From contig OZ237743.1 in assembly GCA_965178125.1 (NCBI GenBank), positions 1-64,000 of the forward strand: a stretch of DNA of 64,000 nucleotides, written 5' to 3'. This document shows positions 38,464 through 50,758 of this stretch, piece after piece; within the stretch, counting starts at the first letter, position 1; each line of letters opens with the position of its first letter. The notes beneath the pieces are model-generated. The model saw only the letters and a list, made by a program, of their open reading frames with translations, had not been told where the DNA came from and did not search any database. The position numbers and the translations under genes are program-made. The stretch comes from Bilabrum cf. latius (Eukaryota).

Positions 38464-39096
38464 TTATTTCTCTGTAAACCCCTTGACGAACTCGGTGGCC
38501 ACGAGACGCATTCTCGCGTTCACAGCCAGCTTCATGGCGCTGATCTCTTTGTCGACGTCCGCCATGAAGTGCACCACGAAATCGACAATCTTCTTCCTCC
38601 TGTGCACCTCAAGCTATTTGCTCGTGATTAGCAGGGAGATGTCGTACCCCTCGATCGCCTTCCGCCGCATGACCACAAAGTCCTCGGCTCGCTGCATCAA
38701 GAACCTCGAGAACCGGCTCACAAGAAGCGAATCTAACGTATCAGACTGCTTGATCATAATGCTCAGACGAACCGCATTGATAGAGGGCTCGATAAGCACT
38801 TTCTCCTTCGGCGATCTTGCAACGATGAGCGGCTTAAGGAGCACTTCCTTGCCAGAGTTTATTTCGACCTCAGGTTTGGAATGACGCTCCACGTCCATCG
38901 AAGCAAAGTCTTGCAAGCACATTGAAGCCTCAAGAGTCGCCGCGACAGCGTCAAGGTACGGCTTTAGAGTGCCAGCGCCTTTCCCAGAGCCACCTGCGGC
39001 TGCCTGCGATTCAGATGGGCCGCAAGAACGAGGGTGGGCAGGTCAGATGGACAGAAGATTCACTCCAAAAGACTGACAACTCAGCAATCTCACCAT
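38464..39096 (-). CDS. ARPC4: Actin-related protein 2/3 complex subunit 4
   Basis: Motifs [46 protein letters not shown], then TAG at 38614 followed by the conserved [35 protein letters not shown]. Intron directly after the ATG; TAA stop. Confidence 0.93.
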
Positions 39097-39295
39097 ACTG
39101 CTTGGGGTAGGTCCGTAATGGGACGTTGGACGCTCGGCGAGCTGGCGGAGCAGACCGGAATCCTAGAGGCACCACATTCTCTTTCGAGTTCGAGCAGATA
39201 TCAACGATTGTCGCGTCAAGAAGAACCCTAAGACGTGACGCAAATTACAGTCTGAAGAGGTGGGAATGGCTCCTGCTTAGGCACAGGGCGGCACG

Positions 39296-41131
39296 ATGTC
39301 GCTCGGACCTGCGATTCGAGCTGTGCTTTTGCTACTGTTGCTCTGGACAATGATCGGGTTCTTTTTCGGTTGGGATGCGGCCCTCGCTGGTGGTTCTGGG
39401 CTCGGACTTATCGTGACGGTATCTGTCGCTGCTGTAGCGGGCCAGCTTTTGGCGTTTGCGACTGGTGCACCCGAGCTGCTCGGCGCGCTGCTGGCCGGCC
39501 TGCTCCTCCGCAACATACCAGCCCCCGTGGATGTAGGGGCCTGGGTTGACGACTCGCTGGCATCTCTCCTTCGAGCGTGCGCCCTGGTGTTGATTCTGGC
39601 TCGTGCGGGGCTTGGCCTGGATATGGCCACGCTGTCTCGGCTCGGCGCAGCTGCCGCTCGCCTCGCGCTCCTCCCCAACGTGTGCGAGGCCTCTCTGGCC
39701 GCCGTCATCCTGCAGTCCATATGGGGCATGGGCTGGGCCTGGTCGTTCGCGGGCGGTTTCCTCCTCTCTGCGGTATCCCCCGCAGTAGTGGTCCCGTCTG
39801 TGCTCCGGCTGCAGGACCAAGGGCTTGGCACAGGGCAGGGGGTCCCCACCCTGGTGCTGGCCGCTGCATCGGTGGATGACGTGCTGAGCATCAGCGGGTT
39901 TGGTGTGGCGCTGGGTATTGCGCTGGGGGACGCAGGGCTGCAGGGAGGCGAGGGCGAGGGAGGGGGCGGGCATGGTGCAGCGGAGGTGTGGAGGCCGGTT
40001 GCCGAGCTGGCGGCGGGGCTTGGTTTCGGGCTTGTGGGGGGCGCGCTAGTGGCAGCGGTGTGGCACCCTGGGGCTGGTGGGAGTAAATCACCGCAGTCGC
40101 AGTGGGCTGGGCTTGCGCTGTTCCTGCTGGGGTGTCTTGCGGTGCTCGGCGGCAGGGCGGTGGAGCTGGGGGGCGGGGGCGCACTGGCAGTGCTGGTGCT
40201 TGGGGTGGTTGCCGCGGCGGTGTGGAAGGGGGAAGACGCAGTTGCTTTCGAGGCCCCCTAGGGCGAAGAGAGGCCGTGGTGGAGGCCGGTAGTCGTCTTG
40301 TTGAGGTTGGGGGGCGAGTGCGGGGGGGCGCTCCTGGCAGCGTGCTGCGGGTGCTGCGGGTGCTGTGGGGGTGGAGGGGTGGAGGGCGTGGATGCCCTCG
40401 ATAGCGCCGAGCCAACTGTACCGACAGCAGCAGCCGCCCCTTCGGACAGCGCAGAAGCGGGCTCTGCGCCTCGTGCCAGCCCGCGGGAGGGCAAGGGGCA
40501 CGCGCTGCTGCGAGGCACTGCTGCCCAGCTGAAGCGGGTGTGGGCCGTGGCTCAGCCAGTGCTCTTCGCTCTGATCGGCGCGGCGGTGGACGTGCGAGGA
40601 CTCTCTGGGGAACTAGTGGCAGGGGCGGCGGCGGCGCTGGCAGGCGGGCTGGCGCTGCGCGGGCTGCTTGCGTTCGCTTGCGTGCTCGGGAGCGGTGCAG
40701 GCGGGGACAAGCTGACCGCCTGGGAGTCACTGTTCGTCGCCGTCGCCTGGATGCCCAAAGCGACCGTGCAGGCCGCGCTGGGGCCGGTGGCTCTGGACGC
40801 CGTGCTGGGGCTGGTGGACGATGGAGATGAGAGCAGCCTCCCGCAGGAGCAGCAGGAGGCGCTTGAGGCGGGGCGGGCCTTGCTGGCGCTGGCGGTGCTG
40901 TCCATCCTGGTGACTGCGCCGGCGGGTGCGGCGCTCATCGCGTACACGGGGCCCCGGCTGCTGCGGGTGGACGAGAGAGTGAGGATGCTGCAGAAGGGTG
41001 AGGAGAAGGAGGGGGTCAGCGGTGTCGACAGAGAGGCTGCAGAGGGGGGAGAGGTGGCCGCTGAAGCCGGTGCTGTGCAGGGGGGCGATGCCGACATGCA
41101 GGTTGAGAGAGGTGGTGCATAGCTGGTGTGA
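39296..41131 (+). CDS. Na+/H+ antiporter of the NHA/SLC9B (CPA2) family
   Basis: Motifs LILARAGLGLD, AVSPAVVVP, AAASVDDVLSI, QPVLFALIGA, WMPKATVQAALG, ILVTAPAGA. In-frame TAG at 40259 and 41120; TGA stop. Confidence 0.92.
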
Positions 41132-41382
41132 TAGATGGCGCGTGCAAGAAAATATAAGACGTGAGTCTGGCGTATCAATTAACACAAGCAGTCGCTGTGG
41201 AAGCAATTTTGGAAGTCAATCTAAAAATAAAGATGAAGACAGCGTTGCACCGAACGAACAGCTCCACACAGTGACGATTTAGCAGAGGTAAAGGCAAGTT
41301 TATTGACAGATAATCGGCACTGTAAAATAATTTTATTGTAACCACGCTCTGAGTCCCCTCGGCGCTAGTAGGTGTGGTGACC

Positions 41383-44300
41383 ATGAGCTCTCCAGCTGCC
41401 CAGCCAGACGCTGCGAACCCCGGGACTGCAGGGCCTGTCGCGCCAAGCCCAGCCTTGGCTGGAAAAGTAGGATCGCCTAGATCAGACGAACCGAGAGGGG
41501 CACTGGCAGTGGCCATCCGAGAAGCATTGGCATCAAAGGATCCTGCCCTGGCAAGAAGGCAAGCTGAAGCGAAGAGGCAGTACATGAAGACCCATTCTCC
41601 GTATTCGTTTCAACGCGACAGTTCGGATAAATTTGTCACCAAGTAGTCAGTCAGCAGTAGAGCCGACCTCGCTGTTTCTCGATAGGTTACCAAGAGACCA
41701 GCTGATCAGCTCTCGCTTGAGGCCAGCTCTCGGCGGCAGGACACAATGCACGCTCGGCTAGATGGCGCGCACGCCTCGCTTACTGAGCGAGAGAGGTAGC
41801 TTCATGAGCGGACCGTGCAGTTAGACGCGTTGTAGTCGTAGCTGGAGGCCACTGCGGAGGTGCTCCAGATTCGCATGACAGCTGGCTCGATATCAGGCGG
41901 CACAGCGGCATCCGGACGAGACAATACAGAACAATAGAACGAGATCGACGCACTCAGAGCGCTCGTAGTGCAGTATCGCGCCGAGCGGGACCATGCCCGC
42001 GCTGATTGCAAGCACGCGGAGCGCAGGCTGCGAGCTCTGGAGGCTGAGCGAGCCGCCATGGGCCGTGTGCTGGAGAACATCAGGCCAGGCCTGCTCTCCG
42101 AAGCAGATTCTGAACCCGACTCTGAATAGACTGAGAGGCAGCTAGCACATGACGCGGTTCCCCTGCTGGAGGACGCCCCTGCGGCCGGACAGACGGCGGG
42201 CCCGTCCGCAGGTAGAGGCGGCGCTTCTGCTTCTGCTGCTAGTGAACAGCAGCACCCCCACCGAGGGGGAGGGCCGCCCGTGGGTGCCCCTTCCTCCTCC
42301 TCCCCCTCACCGGGGAGCAGCCCCTCCCAGCGACTACACTCGTCACGCATGGCCCGCTCCATCGGCAGCCGCACGTCGGCCAGCTCCCCACTCGCCTTGG
42401 CGCAGGGCATGCGGGTCAGGGGGTCCTCCCAGACCGCCTCTGTGCTCTCAGGGGTGGCCGGCACTGGCACTGCCACTCCAGGGAGAGGGACGGGAGCCAG
42501 GGGCCCCTCCCTGCCCGTGCAGAGCCCTTCTTAGATGCTGGCTGCCGGCAGGGCGGGGCAGCGCAGCACCCGCTCCAGCACGACCCCCAGCCAGGCGGGG
42601 GTTCCCCGGCGCCGCGTGGTGAGGGTGTCCCTCAGGGTGGGACCGGGCAACCGACTGAAGAGCGTCGGGAGGCTGCATAGGTTGCTGGAGAAGCGGCTGC
42701 ACCGGCAAGTAGTGGGCTTGCGGTGGGGCGACGTGTCTCTTGACGACAGGGGGGTGGCGCTTGCAGCGACTGGACTGCCGCTGGACAAGGAGGTTGAGCT
42801 TGCCGTAGTGGTGCTACGGGCTGGGCCTGGGGCAAGTCAGGGGAAGGTGGCCAAGGAGGTCATTGGTGAGGAGTCTCCGACAGAATCTGTGTAGGCCCCT
42901 GGCTAGGCCAGGGTTGCCGATTCACCAAAGAGAGTTGCAGCCGACATGCAGGATGATGAGGAAGCTGGTGGAATCAAGCAGCGTAAAGAGCAAGATGACG
43001 AGGCGCACAAGGTTGGCCGAGGTGGTGACACCGGCCATGCTGCCGGAAGGCAGGGCGCAGGAGACGTCGTTGGCAACAAGCCGAGCCAAGGTGGCGCTTC
43101 TGACCGTGAAACGCAATCGGCTGCGTCAGGTCACCATGTCTCAGACAGCCCAGCGCAAGAGAAGGCCACAAGTGCCCCAGTTGGTGCTGATTCTGCGGTT
43201 GCCAATGCTAGGACAGCCATGAAGCCCAGCCAGGTGCTTCTCGCAGGCGCCAGTCCATCTGCTGCATAGACTGGGGTATCTCCGCAGGCAGGTATCGGCA
43301 GTCCAGCAAAGCCAGCTGTGGCTCCTGGTACCGGCGGTGCCTCGGGTGCAAGCAGTCCAGACGACCGCTAGCCTCTCCCCGCCATCGCCACGCATGGACA
43401 CAGCGCATCGACCTCATCCATGTCCGGCACGCCTTACTTGCCCACTGCGGGGCCAGGCAGCGCTGCCATGCCCCCCTCACCCAGCTCCCACACGCCGGTA
43501 TCACTGCCACCACCCCGGCTGCTTGTGGCGTTCCCGTCAGATCACGACACCGTCCGCGGCTTGTTGCAAGAGCGGGAGGGATCCAGCGAGGCCACTGGAG
43601 TGCTGCACAGGCGCGCGGCAGAGGCGGGACACATACGGAGTCCATCGAAAGCTGAGGTGGCGCAAGCAAAACATCTGTTTGAGGGTGAAGGGAGTGGCCG
43701 CAGTGCCGAAGACTTGGCGTGGTCTCCGATCGGTCTGGTGATCGGCGAGAAGCGGCCGGCCTGGATGCAGAAGCCGACTCCTGTGAGCGACGAGGTCAAG
43801 CAACGGGTGGCATAGGATGCGGGAGAGCGGAGGGTGGGGCTGGGGCACATCTTTGGGAGGATGAGGAAGCTCGCCCGTCCTCGCCCGCTCGTGGATCACG
43901 TGCACTCTGCGGTGCGATACTGGGGCTTGCCCACCAAGGGACCCAAAGCAGAGAGCACGCAGAATAGCACAGCGGTGCTACTGCTGATGGAGCTGCAGGC
44001 AGTACCAAAGCGGCAAGGCGCGAGCCAACCCACCCTTCCCATTCAGCACACAAGCGAGGTGGGGCCAAGTGCAGAAGGAGGCAATGGCAATGCTACCGGC
44101 CCAGCGAGCGCCACTGCGCCGCTGCTTACACCGTCGGCATTGCTGGCTTCGTCTCCACCCAGCACGCGCGGCTAGGGGCAGGCCGAAGGTGGCTAGATTG
44201 GGACGATAGCACCGAGCTCCGGGGTTGCAAGAGTCGCGGGCGAGCAGGGAGGCAGCGGCAGCGGTACTGGCGCGGCCTCGAGCGACGACGCATCGCAGGC

Positions 44301-44514
44301 CTTGCCTGTCGCTGGCGCCCCCGCGGTGGTTCTAGAGGAGATTGTTGACTCCGGAAATGGCAGAGGTGGGGAACAAGAGGCGGGCGGAGAGGCAGGGGCG
44401 GGGCAGGGGATCCAGCTGAGGAGCAGCCGGGCCTCCCCTCAGCGGTAGGGGCGGCTCGATGTCACACCCTAGGCGTGGGGCCTCTTGGCCAAGGGGGGCA
44501 CTGGGGCGCAGTGA
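41383..44514 (+). CDS. Hypothetical coiled-coil/disordered protein (~1040 aa)
   Basis: One frame over 3.1 kb with about 17 TAG and no TAA/TGA until TGA at 44512. Coiled-coil segment ERER*LHERTVQLDAL*S*LEATAEVLQ. Confidence 0.65.
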
Positions 44515-44688
44515 CGGATCGTGTCGGGGTATTGTGTAGCAAGACCACAGCGCTACGTTTCAATTAAAAATGAATTATTCATGTCAGATCTAGATCAGGT
44601 TCAGATCCAATTGATTCAGGTTCGGCGAACGTGCACGATTCCGAATCCACGGACCACGTTACTGTTCTCCACCGCCACAGCCGCTGCC

Positions 44689-47600
44689 TCACACGGCCTT
44701 GGACGAGTACGCTAGCTTGAGCGTATGTCGCTCGAACATGGCGTTGTTGGCCATGGCCAGCACGTCCGTGGCTGCCTCCACCGTGGGCAGCTTGACCAGC
44801 CCGGTCCGCTTAGGCGTCCTGCCCCCGGGGTTCTGCCTTGGCGGGGGAAACACCGCGATCTTCTCCACGGGCTGCGTGGCCACCTGATCAAAGAGCGTCT
44901 TGATGCTTTCCTCCGTCATGGTGGCGGGGAGGTTGCTGAAGTACAGCACCGGGGTGGGCGCCGTGATGGTCTCCTCCCTGCCCGTGGTGCGGAACCGGTT
45001 GTGCATGCTGTCCTTGAACACGGCCCTCTCGCCGCCCTCGGGCAAGGGCCCCTCCGGCCCCTCGGCGCTGTCGGTGGGAGCCCCCAGCCGAGTAGTCCAC
45101 CGCCAGCCCATCACCATGGCTCCGTCCAGGAGGGCAACTGCCTGGGCAGCCAGCTCGGGTTTCTCGAACTGCACCACAGCTGTGGCTCCACCCGCGTCTG
45201 CCACGCCCGACGCGGCATCTGCGGGTGGCCGGAACTCGACGAAATCAACGTTCCCAAAACAGCACGCTACATTGAACACCCGGCTGGCCGATACCTCCAG
45301 CGGGTTTAGGTTCTGAATGTGCATGCAGTGGCTCGGCGGGAGGGACCTCTGCTTGGCGATCGCTTCCGCATGGCTCGCAGTGCCGCTCCCGCTGCCGCCG
45401 CCGCCGGTCCCAACCCCAGCAGGCCTCCCGCTAGCCCCTGCGCCTGGGCCTGGGCCCCCGCCGGCACCCCCACTCGCTGCCCCCGGGGGCATCCCCCCGC
45501 CGCCCGCTTCCATTCTCTCGAAGGCCTCCTTCTCCAGCGTGGCAACGTCCTCCGGGGTCAGCACGTTGTTGGGCATCTGCGTGCTGAGCCCGGGGTTGGT
45601 GAAGTCGTGGCTGAGCTGGCAGTTGGCTGACACCTTGAGGTGCTGCGTGCCCTTGCCCGGCATGATGCGTAGCCCGCAGCACCCGTCATAGATATCCTTG
45701 CCATGCAATGCCGCCGCAGCAGCATACGCCTGCTCCGCAGCGGCAAACTCAACGAGTGACTGCACGCCGAACCTGTGGAAGATCACCACCCGGAGGAGCT
45801 CGCCGTGCGGCCGCAGGATCTGAGTCAGCACGTCAACCGTGATGGGGAACACACCCTTCACGATGGAGATCATCAGGTTGCCGGAAATGAAGGCCTCACG
45901 TGGCAGCAGCGGGGTAGGGGCGCCGCCTCCGGGCGCCTCGAATGACGGGCGGAACCGCTGCAGGGCCGAGACAGACATGCCGCGGCTGTCCTTGGCTCCG
46001 TCCGAGTGACTTCCCCTGCCGCCCATGTCTCGACCTGCAGATGCGCTACGCCTGTCGCCCCCGCCCCCCGGTCCCCCGGAGCTGTGCATGTCCCCCGGGG
46101 GGGGACCGTTGCGGGGTGGCCTAGAGAGGTCAAGGGACGAGGCGGGCGTGCCTGACCGGGGGTTGATCTGAGAGGACCTGCTGTAGTTCATGGCGGCAGG
46201 CTTGCCTAGAATGTACACCTGCAAATGGGTGATTGGGCGGGTAGCAGTCATCAACTGGATGAGTGGGCGGGATGAGGTGCTGTTGAGAGGCAGTGCGGCT
46301 GGATATGGATCTGCTCTGTATCAACCTGGTGACCGCGCTTCTTTGCCTCTCTCCACGCTCACCGGTTCTCTTTCTGCGCCATTCACCGCGGCAGCTGCCA
46401 TGTCGGTCGTTTCGAACTGCGCCAATGCCTGTCCCCTGGAGGGCAGCAGAAGGGACATGGTCACGCGGCCGAATCGGCCTAGGGCTTGCACGATGTCCAC
46501 GTGGTCTACTCCGGAGGGGAGGCCACGCAGGTGGACGACTGGCTGTGAGAGGATGGTGGAGTGAGGTGAGGTGTGCCGGGGCAGGGTGAACTGGCTGGGG
46601 TGGCATTGGTGGGTAGATCGACAGCAATGCACTGGCAGTCGGGGAAAGCATCGGGATGGCCTCCTGGTCCCAGTCTACTGCGGTGGCCACAGTCGGGGGT
46701 GATGCACCGAGCTGGGCGGCGGTGCGAGCGATTCGACTGGTCGTAAGACTCACAGATGGGCCGTCTCCCCCAGCAGGGGGCCGTCTTGGAGGGGGTCCCC
46801 CCCTAGAGGGGGACGGGCCCCCGTACCCGCGAGACGGAGGGCCGCCTGAGCCCCCGTATGAAGAAGGTGGTGCTCCGTATCCTCCAGCGCTTTGAGGGGG
46901 CAGAGCTCCATATCCTCCACTGCCCCTGCGCGGAGCCCCGTAGCCACCTCCTCCTTGCGGCGGTGCGCCATAGCCAGAGGATGGGGGTGCGCCATAGCCA
47001 GAGGATGGCGGTGCGCCATAGCCAGAGGATGGGGGTGCACTGCTGCCAGCGGCCGGTCCAGGGTACCTATCTACAGATCCACCGCGCGGTGGGCCCGCAC
47101 TGTAGCCCCCCGGTGCGGGTGCATGACTCCCAGGTGCACCTGGGGGTCCTCGCGGGGGCGGTGCAGCTCCGCCCCCACCGTATGTGCCATGGCCACCTGC
47201 AGACGGGGGCGGGGGTCCGCCAGGACCACCTCTGTAACCACCAGGCGGGGCGCTATAATGTGATGGGGGCGGTGCATCTCTTCCATATGACTGGCGCGGC
47301 TCCTGCCGAGCGGCGTATGAGCCCGATGGTGGGGGTGCGCCGTATCCTTGGGGCGGCGGCGCCGGGGCGTATCCCGGTGGTGCTGGTGCTGGTGCGTATC
47401 CAGATGGCGCTGGTGCGGGTGCATATCCAGATGGTGCGGGTGCGGGTGCGGGTGCGTACCCGGGTGGAGCTGATCGCTGCTAGTAACCTTGGGAAGGTGC
47501 TTGTGGGGGAGCGGTGTACCCTCCTTGCTGTGCAGGAGGCTGCGAATAATAACCTCGCTGTTGCTGTGGCGGCTGCGAATCAGGTCAAGTGTGCGTGCAT

Positions 47601-47805
47601 GGTGGTTTGATAAGCTGTGGTTCAGACGCACTCCTGCAATAAACAAAACACGATCGGTGACAAACTGTGGTAGTGCTTGCCTCAACCGCTTGGGCGTGCA
47701 TGACCTCACTCCTCTTGATCCTTGCCCGTAAGAACTAGGCTATGAGCCTCTGGGCTGCTATGGATTGTATTGACCACCCTGTGAGTACCCTCCTTGATAG
47801 GCCAT
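44689..47805 (-). CDS. hnRNP L / PTB-family multi-RRM protein with a Gly/Tyr/Pro/Gln-rich N-terminus
   Basis: Motifs PS|PVVHLRGLP, QALAQF, VYILGKPAAMNYS, FPITVDVLTQI, GVQSLVEF, LHGKDIYDGCC, PVLYFSNLP, LKLAYS. Three predicted introns; TAGs in Q-rich context; TGA stop. Confidence 0.85.
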
Positions 47806-48073
47806 GTTGCACAAAAAGTGTCAAGCTGCTTGGTGGACAGCTGCAAGCTAGCAAGATCTCAGATTTGAAGAATTTTTAATGCACTGACGCAGTAAAAATG
47901 TGATTATAACCGATATACAGCTAAAAATACGGCACAATACCTTGAGTGGGATGAGCTAAGACCGATTTGTCGCTACGGAGGACCGCACTACTTAATTGTA
48001 GCGAGCCAATTCGTATTATTCATCACTCTTTGCTCGGTCAAAATAGTATCCAAGAACGACCTATTTGTCCGCA

Positions 48074-48488
48074 ATGTCGGGTGCAGCTAGCACAAAGATG
48101 GAAAGTGATTCTGCCTCATCTGGGCAAGCGTCGGGCGCGAGCTCCAAGAAGCCGGAAGCCGCGAAGCTGGACCCCAGGTCCATCGCACCGATCGATGAGG
48201 ATGATGAGTTTGAGGAGTTCGAGAATGACAGTAAGGAACTGATCTCTTGCTATCGATGGTACCCCGCAATACTCTGGCTCATGAGCTGAGCAAGCCGTGG
48301 TTTATGTGTTTGCGTTCGCAGATTTTGAAGTCAAGCCAGTGACAGCAGCAGAGGAGGCCGCCCTTTGGCAGGACGATTGGGAGGACGACGATGTTGATGA
48401 CGACTTTGTAGGGCAGCTACGAGCTTAGCTCGAGCAGCAAGGAGTGAAAGTGGAAACAGGGGCAGCTGCTAGTGGCAGCGGCCGATAA
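48074..48488 (+). CDS. SEM1: DSS1/SEM1 proteasome lid subunit
   Basis: DEDDEFEEF, intron 48231-48321, then LWQDDWEDDDVDDDFVGQLRA*LEQ with TAG at 48426. TAA stop. Confidence 0.9.
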
Positions 48489-49004
48489 TTTGCTCTGACA
48501 GAAGATTTTTTGTGTTGCTTAGTGTTCCCAATCTAGCATTTATACCTTGGTTGGTTATACAGGCAGCCTGTTAGAACGATTCGATCGACTTGTGAAGGAC
48601 AAATTTGTTGCATTCACCGAGAGCTTCGAAGCATTCGCAAAAAGGGGCCTACAGGAATGCTAGCATGTGGCTGTCAATTGGGAGAGTGGGCCAGCCGTCG
48701 CACAAGTCAGTCAAGGCCGTGTAGTACCGCGCAGACCCTAACTCGGCATACTATAAGTAAGCTTGATCCAGCAGCAGCCATCTCCCCTCCAATGTCGTCG
48801 GGCGATGCACATCAAGCTAGCCTTGCCGAACCTTGGCCTACACACCCAGCCCCAGCAAGAATGCATTAGGTTTAACCCGTTGCAGTGTAGCAACCAGTCT
48901 TGCGCAGCCCTAATGAGGGCCCAGTTTGGCCGGGTGCTTTCAAGTTGCGTTATCTGATTTTCAGGTCATCAGCGCGTCGACGACACCCCCACTGCTTTGC
49001 CGTC

Positions 49005-50391
49005 ATGAATCTTGGTGGTCTCGGGCTGACATTGCTCGGAGGACTCATTGCTGGCACATATACTGCGCTAATTCGAGCAGTTCCTGGCTGGAAAGTGGGA
49101 AGAATCCGAAAAGCCATGCCCAGTTGAAGTTGCCTGTATGAGACTCCTCACACTTTTTTTCACCGCCTCCTTCCATATATTCTGTCATTTCCAACGCTAC
49201 CCGCAGTGGGAGCATTTTTGGACATTGTATGCACTGTTTGGCTTGGTCGTGTTCCCGTGGATCTATGCCGTTTCGACTCTCTCGGGCGACTAGCTTCTCG
49301 ATGCCTGGAGGTCAGCAGATGCAGCGACCTGGGCTGCTGTGTTGCTGTTTGGTGCAGGATGGGGAGGCGGATCGGTTACATTTGGACTCGGCGTTGCTGT
49401 TGTTGGCAACTCTCTGGGTTTCTCTTTGATTCTCGGGCTTTGTGCAACGCTTGGATCCATCATCCCTTTGCTTGTCTTCCACGCATCTGATGCCACAAAA
49501 AAGACGGGGATATTTGATTTTATTGCATTAAGTATTACTATCGTGGGCTTGGTGCTGGTAGGATATGCAGGAACGCTCAAGTCAGCGGAGCAGCACGCTG
49601 CGAAAGAGCACGGCAACAAGACTGTTGAGGTAGCAGAGAAAGCACAGCTTCTTGGCGCTGTGGAACGCGAGGCAGAATCGGCAGGCATTGTGCACGCTGC
49701 CGATGTAGCCCCATCGGCAGGACACGGAGGGTCGGTGAATGGCCAAGGCACCACCGATGGGGATGCCTTGGTAGACCAGGCAGAAGTTGCTTCGGAAGCC
49801 GCTGGCAAGTCGCCATCGTTCCTGGTGGGCCTGATCCTGTGCTTCGCCTCGGGCATCCTCAGCGCCTTCTTGAATCTTTCGCTCACCTTTGGCGCCCCCA
49901 TGTCGGATGCGGCTGAGAAGGCAGGCGCCCCCAAGACACAGGCACCCAATGCGGTGTGGGTGCTGGGGTTGCTGGGCGGGTTTGTGACCAATGCAGCCTA
50001 CACGCTCTACTTGGTGGGATCCGGGGGTAGCTGGGGCATGTTCTGCCGCTGCTGCCGGGGCCAGGATGCAGGCCAGGAGGTGGGCCCCGGGGGACAGCCC
50101 CTCCGCTGGTTCGAGGCAGAGGCGGGCTCGCTGCAGGCCTGGGCCTATGCCATCATGAGCGGGGCGGCATGGTACTTCGGCACCTCCATATACGGGAACG
50201 GGCAGGCTATGTTGGGGCCCCTGGGGTCCACTGTGGGCTGGCCGGTGTTCCTGATCGCGCAGATCATCGCGGGCAATGCGGTCGGAGTGATCTGGGGAGA
50301 GTGGGCGGGGAGCGAGATGGCCTCGAGGCTGTGGATGCTCGCGGGGGTACTTGTGCTCTGCGTCGCGATCGTGGTGGTGTCACTGGGCTGA
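49005..50391 (+). CDS. L-rhamnose/H+ symporter (RhaT)-like DMT-superfamily transporter
   Basis: GWK, intron 49095-49206, then WEHFW; also GWGGGSVTFGLG, GNSLGFSLILGL, VGWPVF, GVIWGEW. About 10 TM helices; TAG at 49291; TGA stop. Confidence 0.8.
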
Positions 50392-50758
50392 CGGCGCCCG
50401 GTGCTGGTTCCGCCTGGTTTGGCCGGCCAGCGCAGATTGAATGCAGGCTTGATAGGCGGCCTGAGCCAAGGCTGCGTCCTTGGTTCGACCCAGATGTAGT
50501 TGAAGTATCGTTATTCAAGGTTTCGAACTGCAGGTATTATATCTAGTCTTCATACAATCCAGGAACGCCTCGATTTATCGTAAGTGGGTGTGATGAGTGC
50601 ATATTTCGCGCTCAGTTCGTCGTCACCGTCTTGATGGGCACGGCCCAACGAATCACGGCGCCTCGGCGTCACACTGATGGTGCCCAACGAACACACACAG
50701 TTCACTATCAATTCACTTGACACAAAGCCCTAAGTTTTCCTGTACTAGAGAATATACA

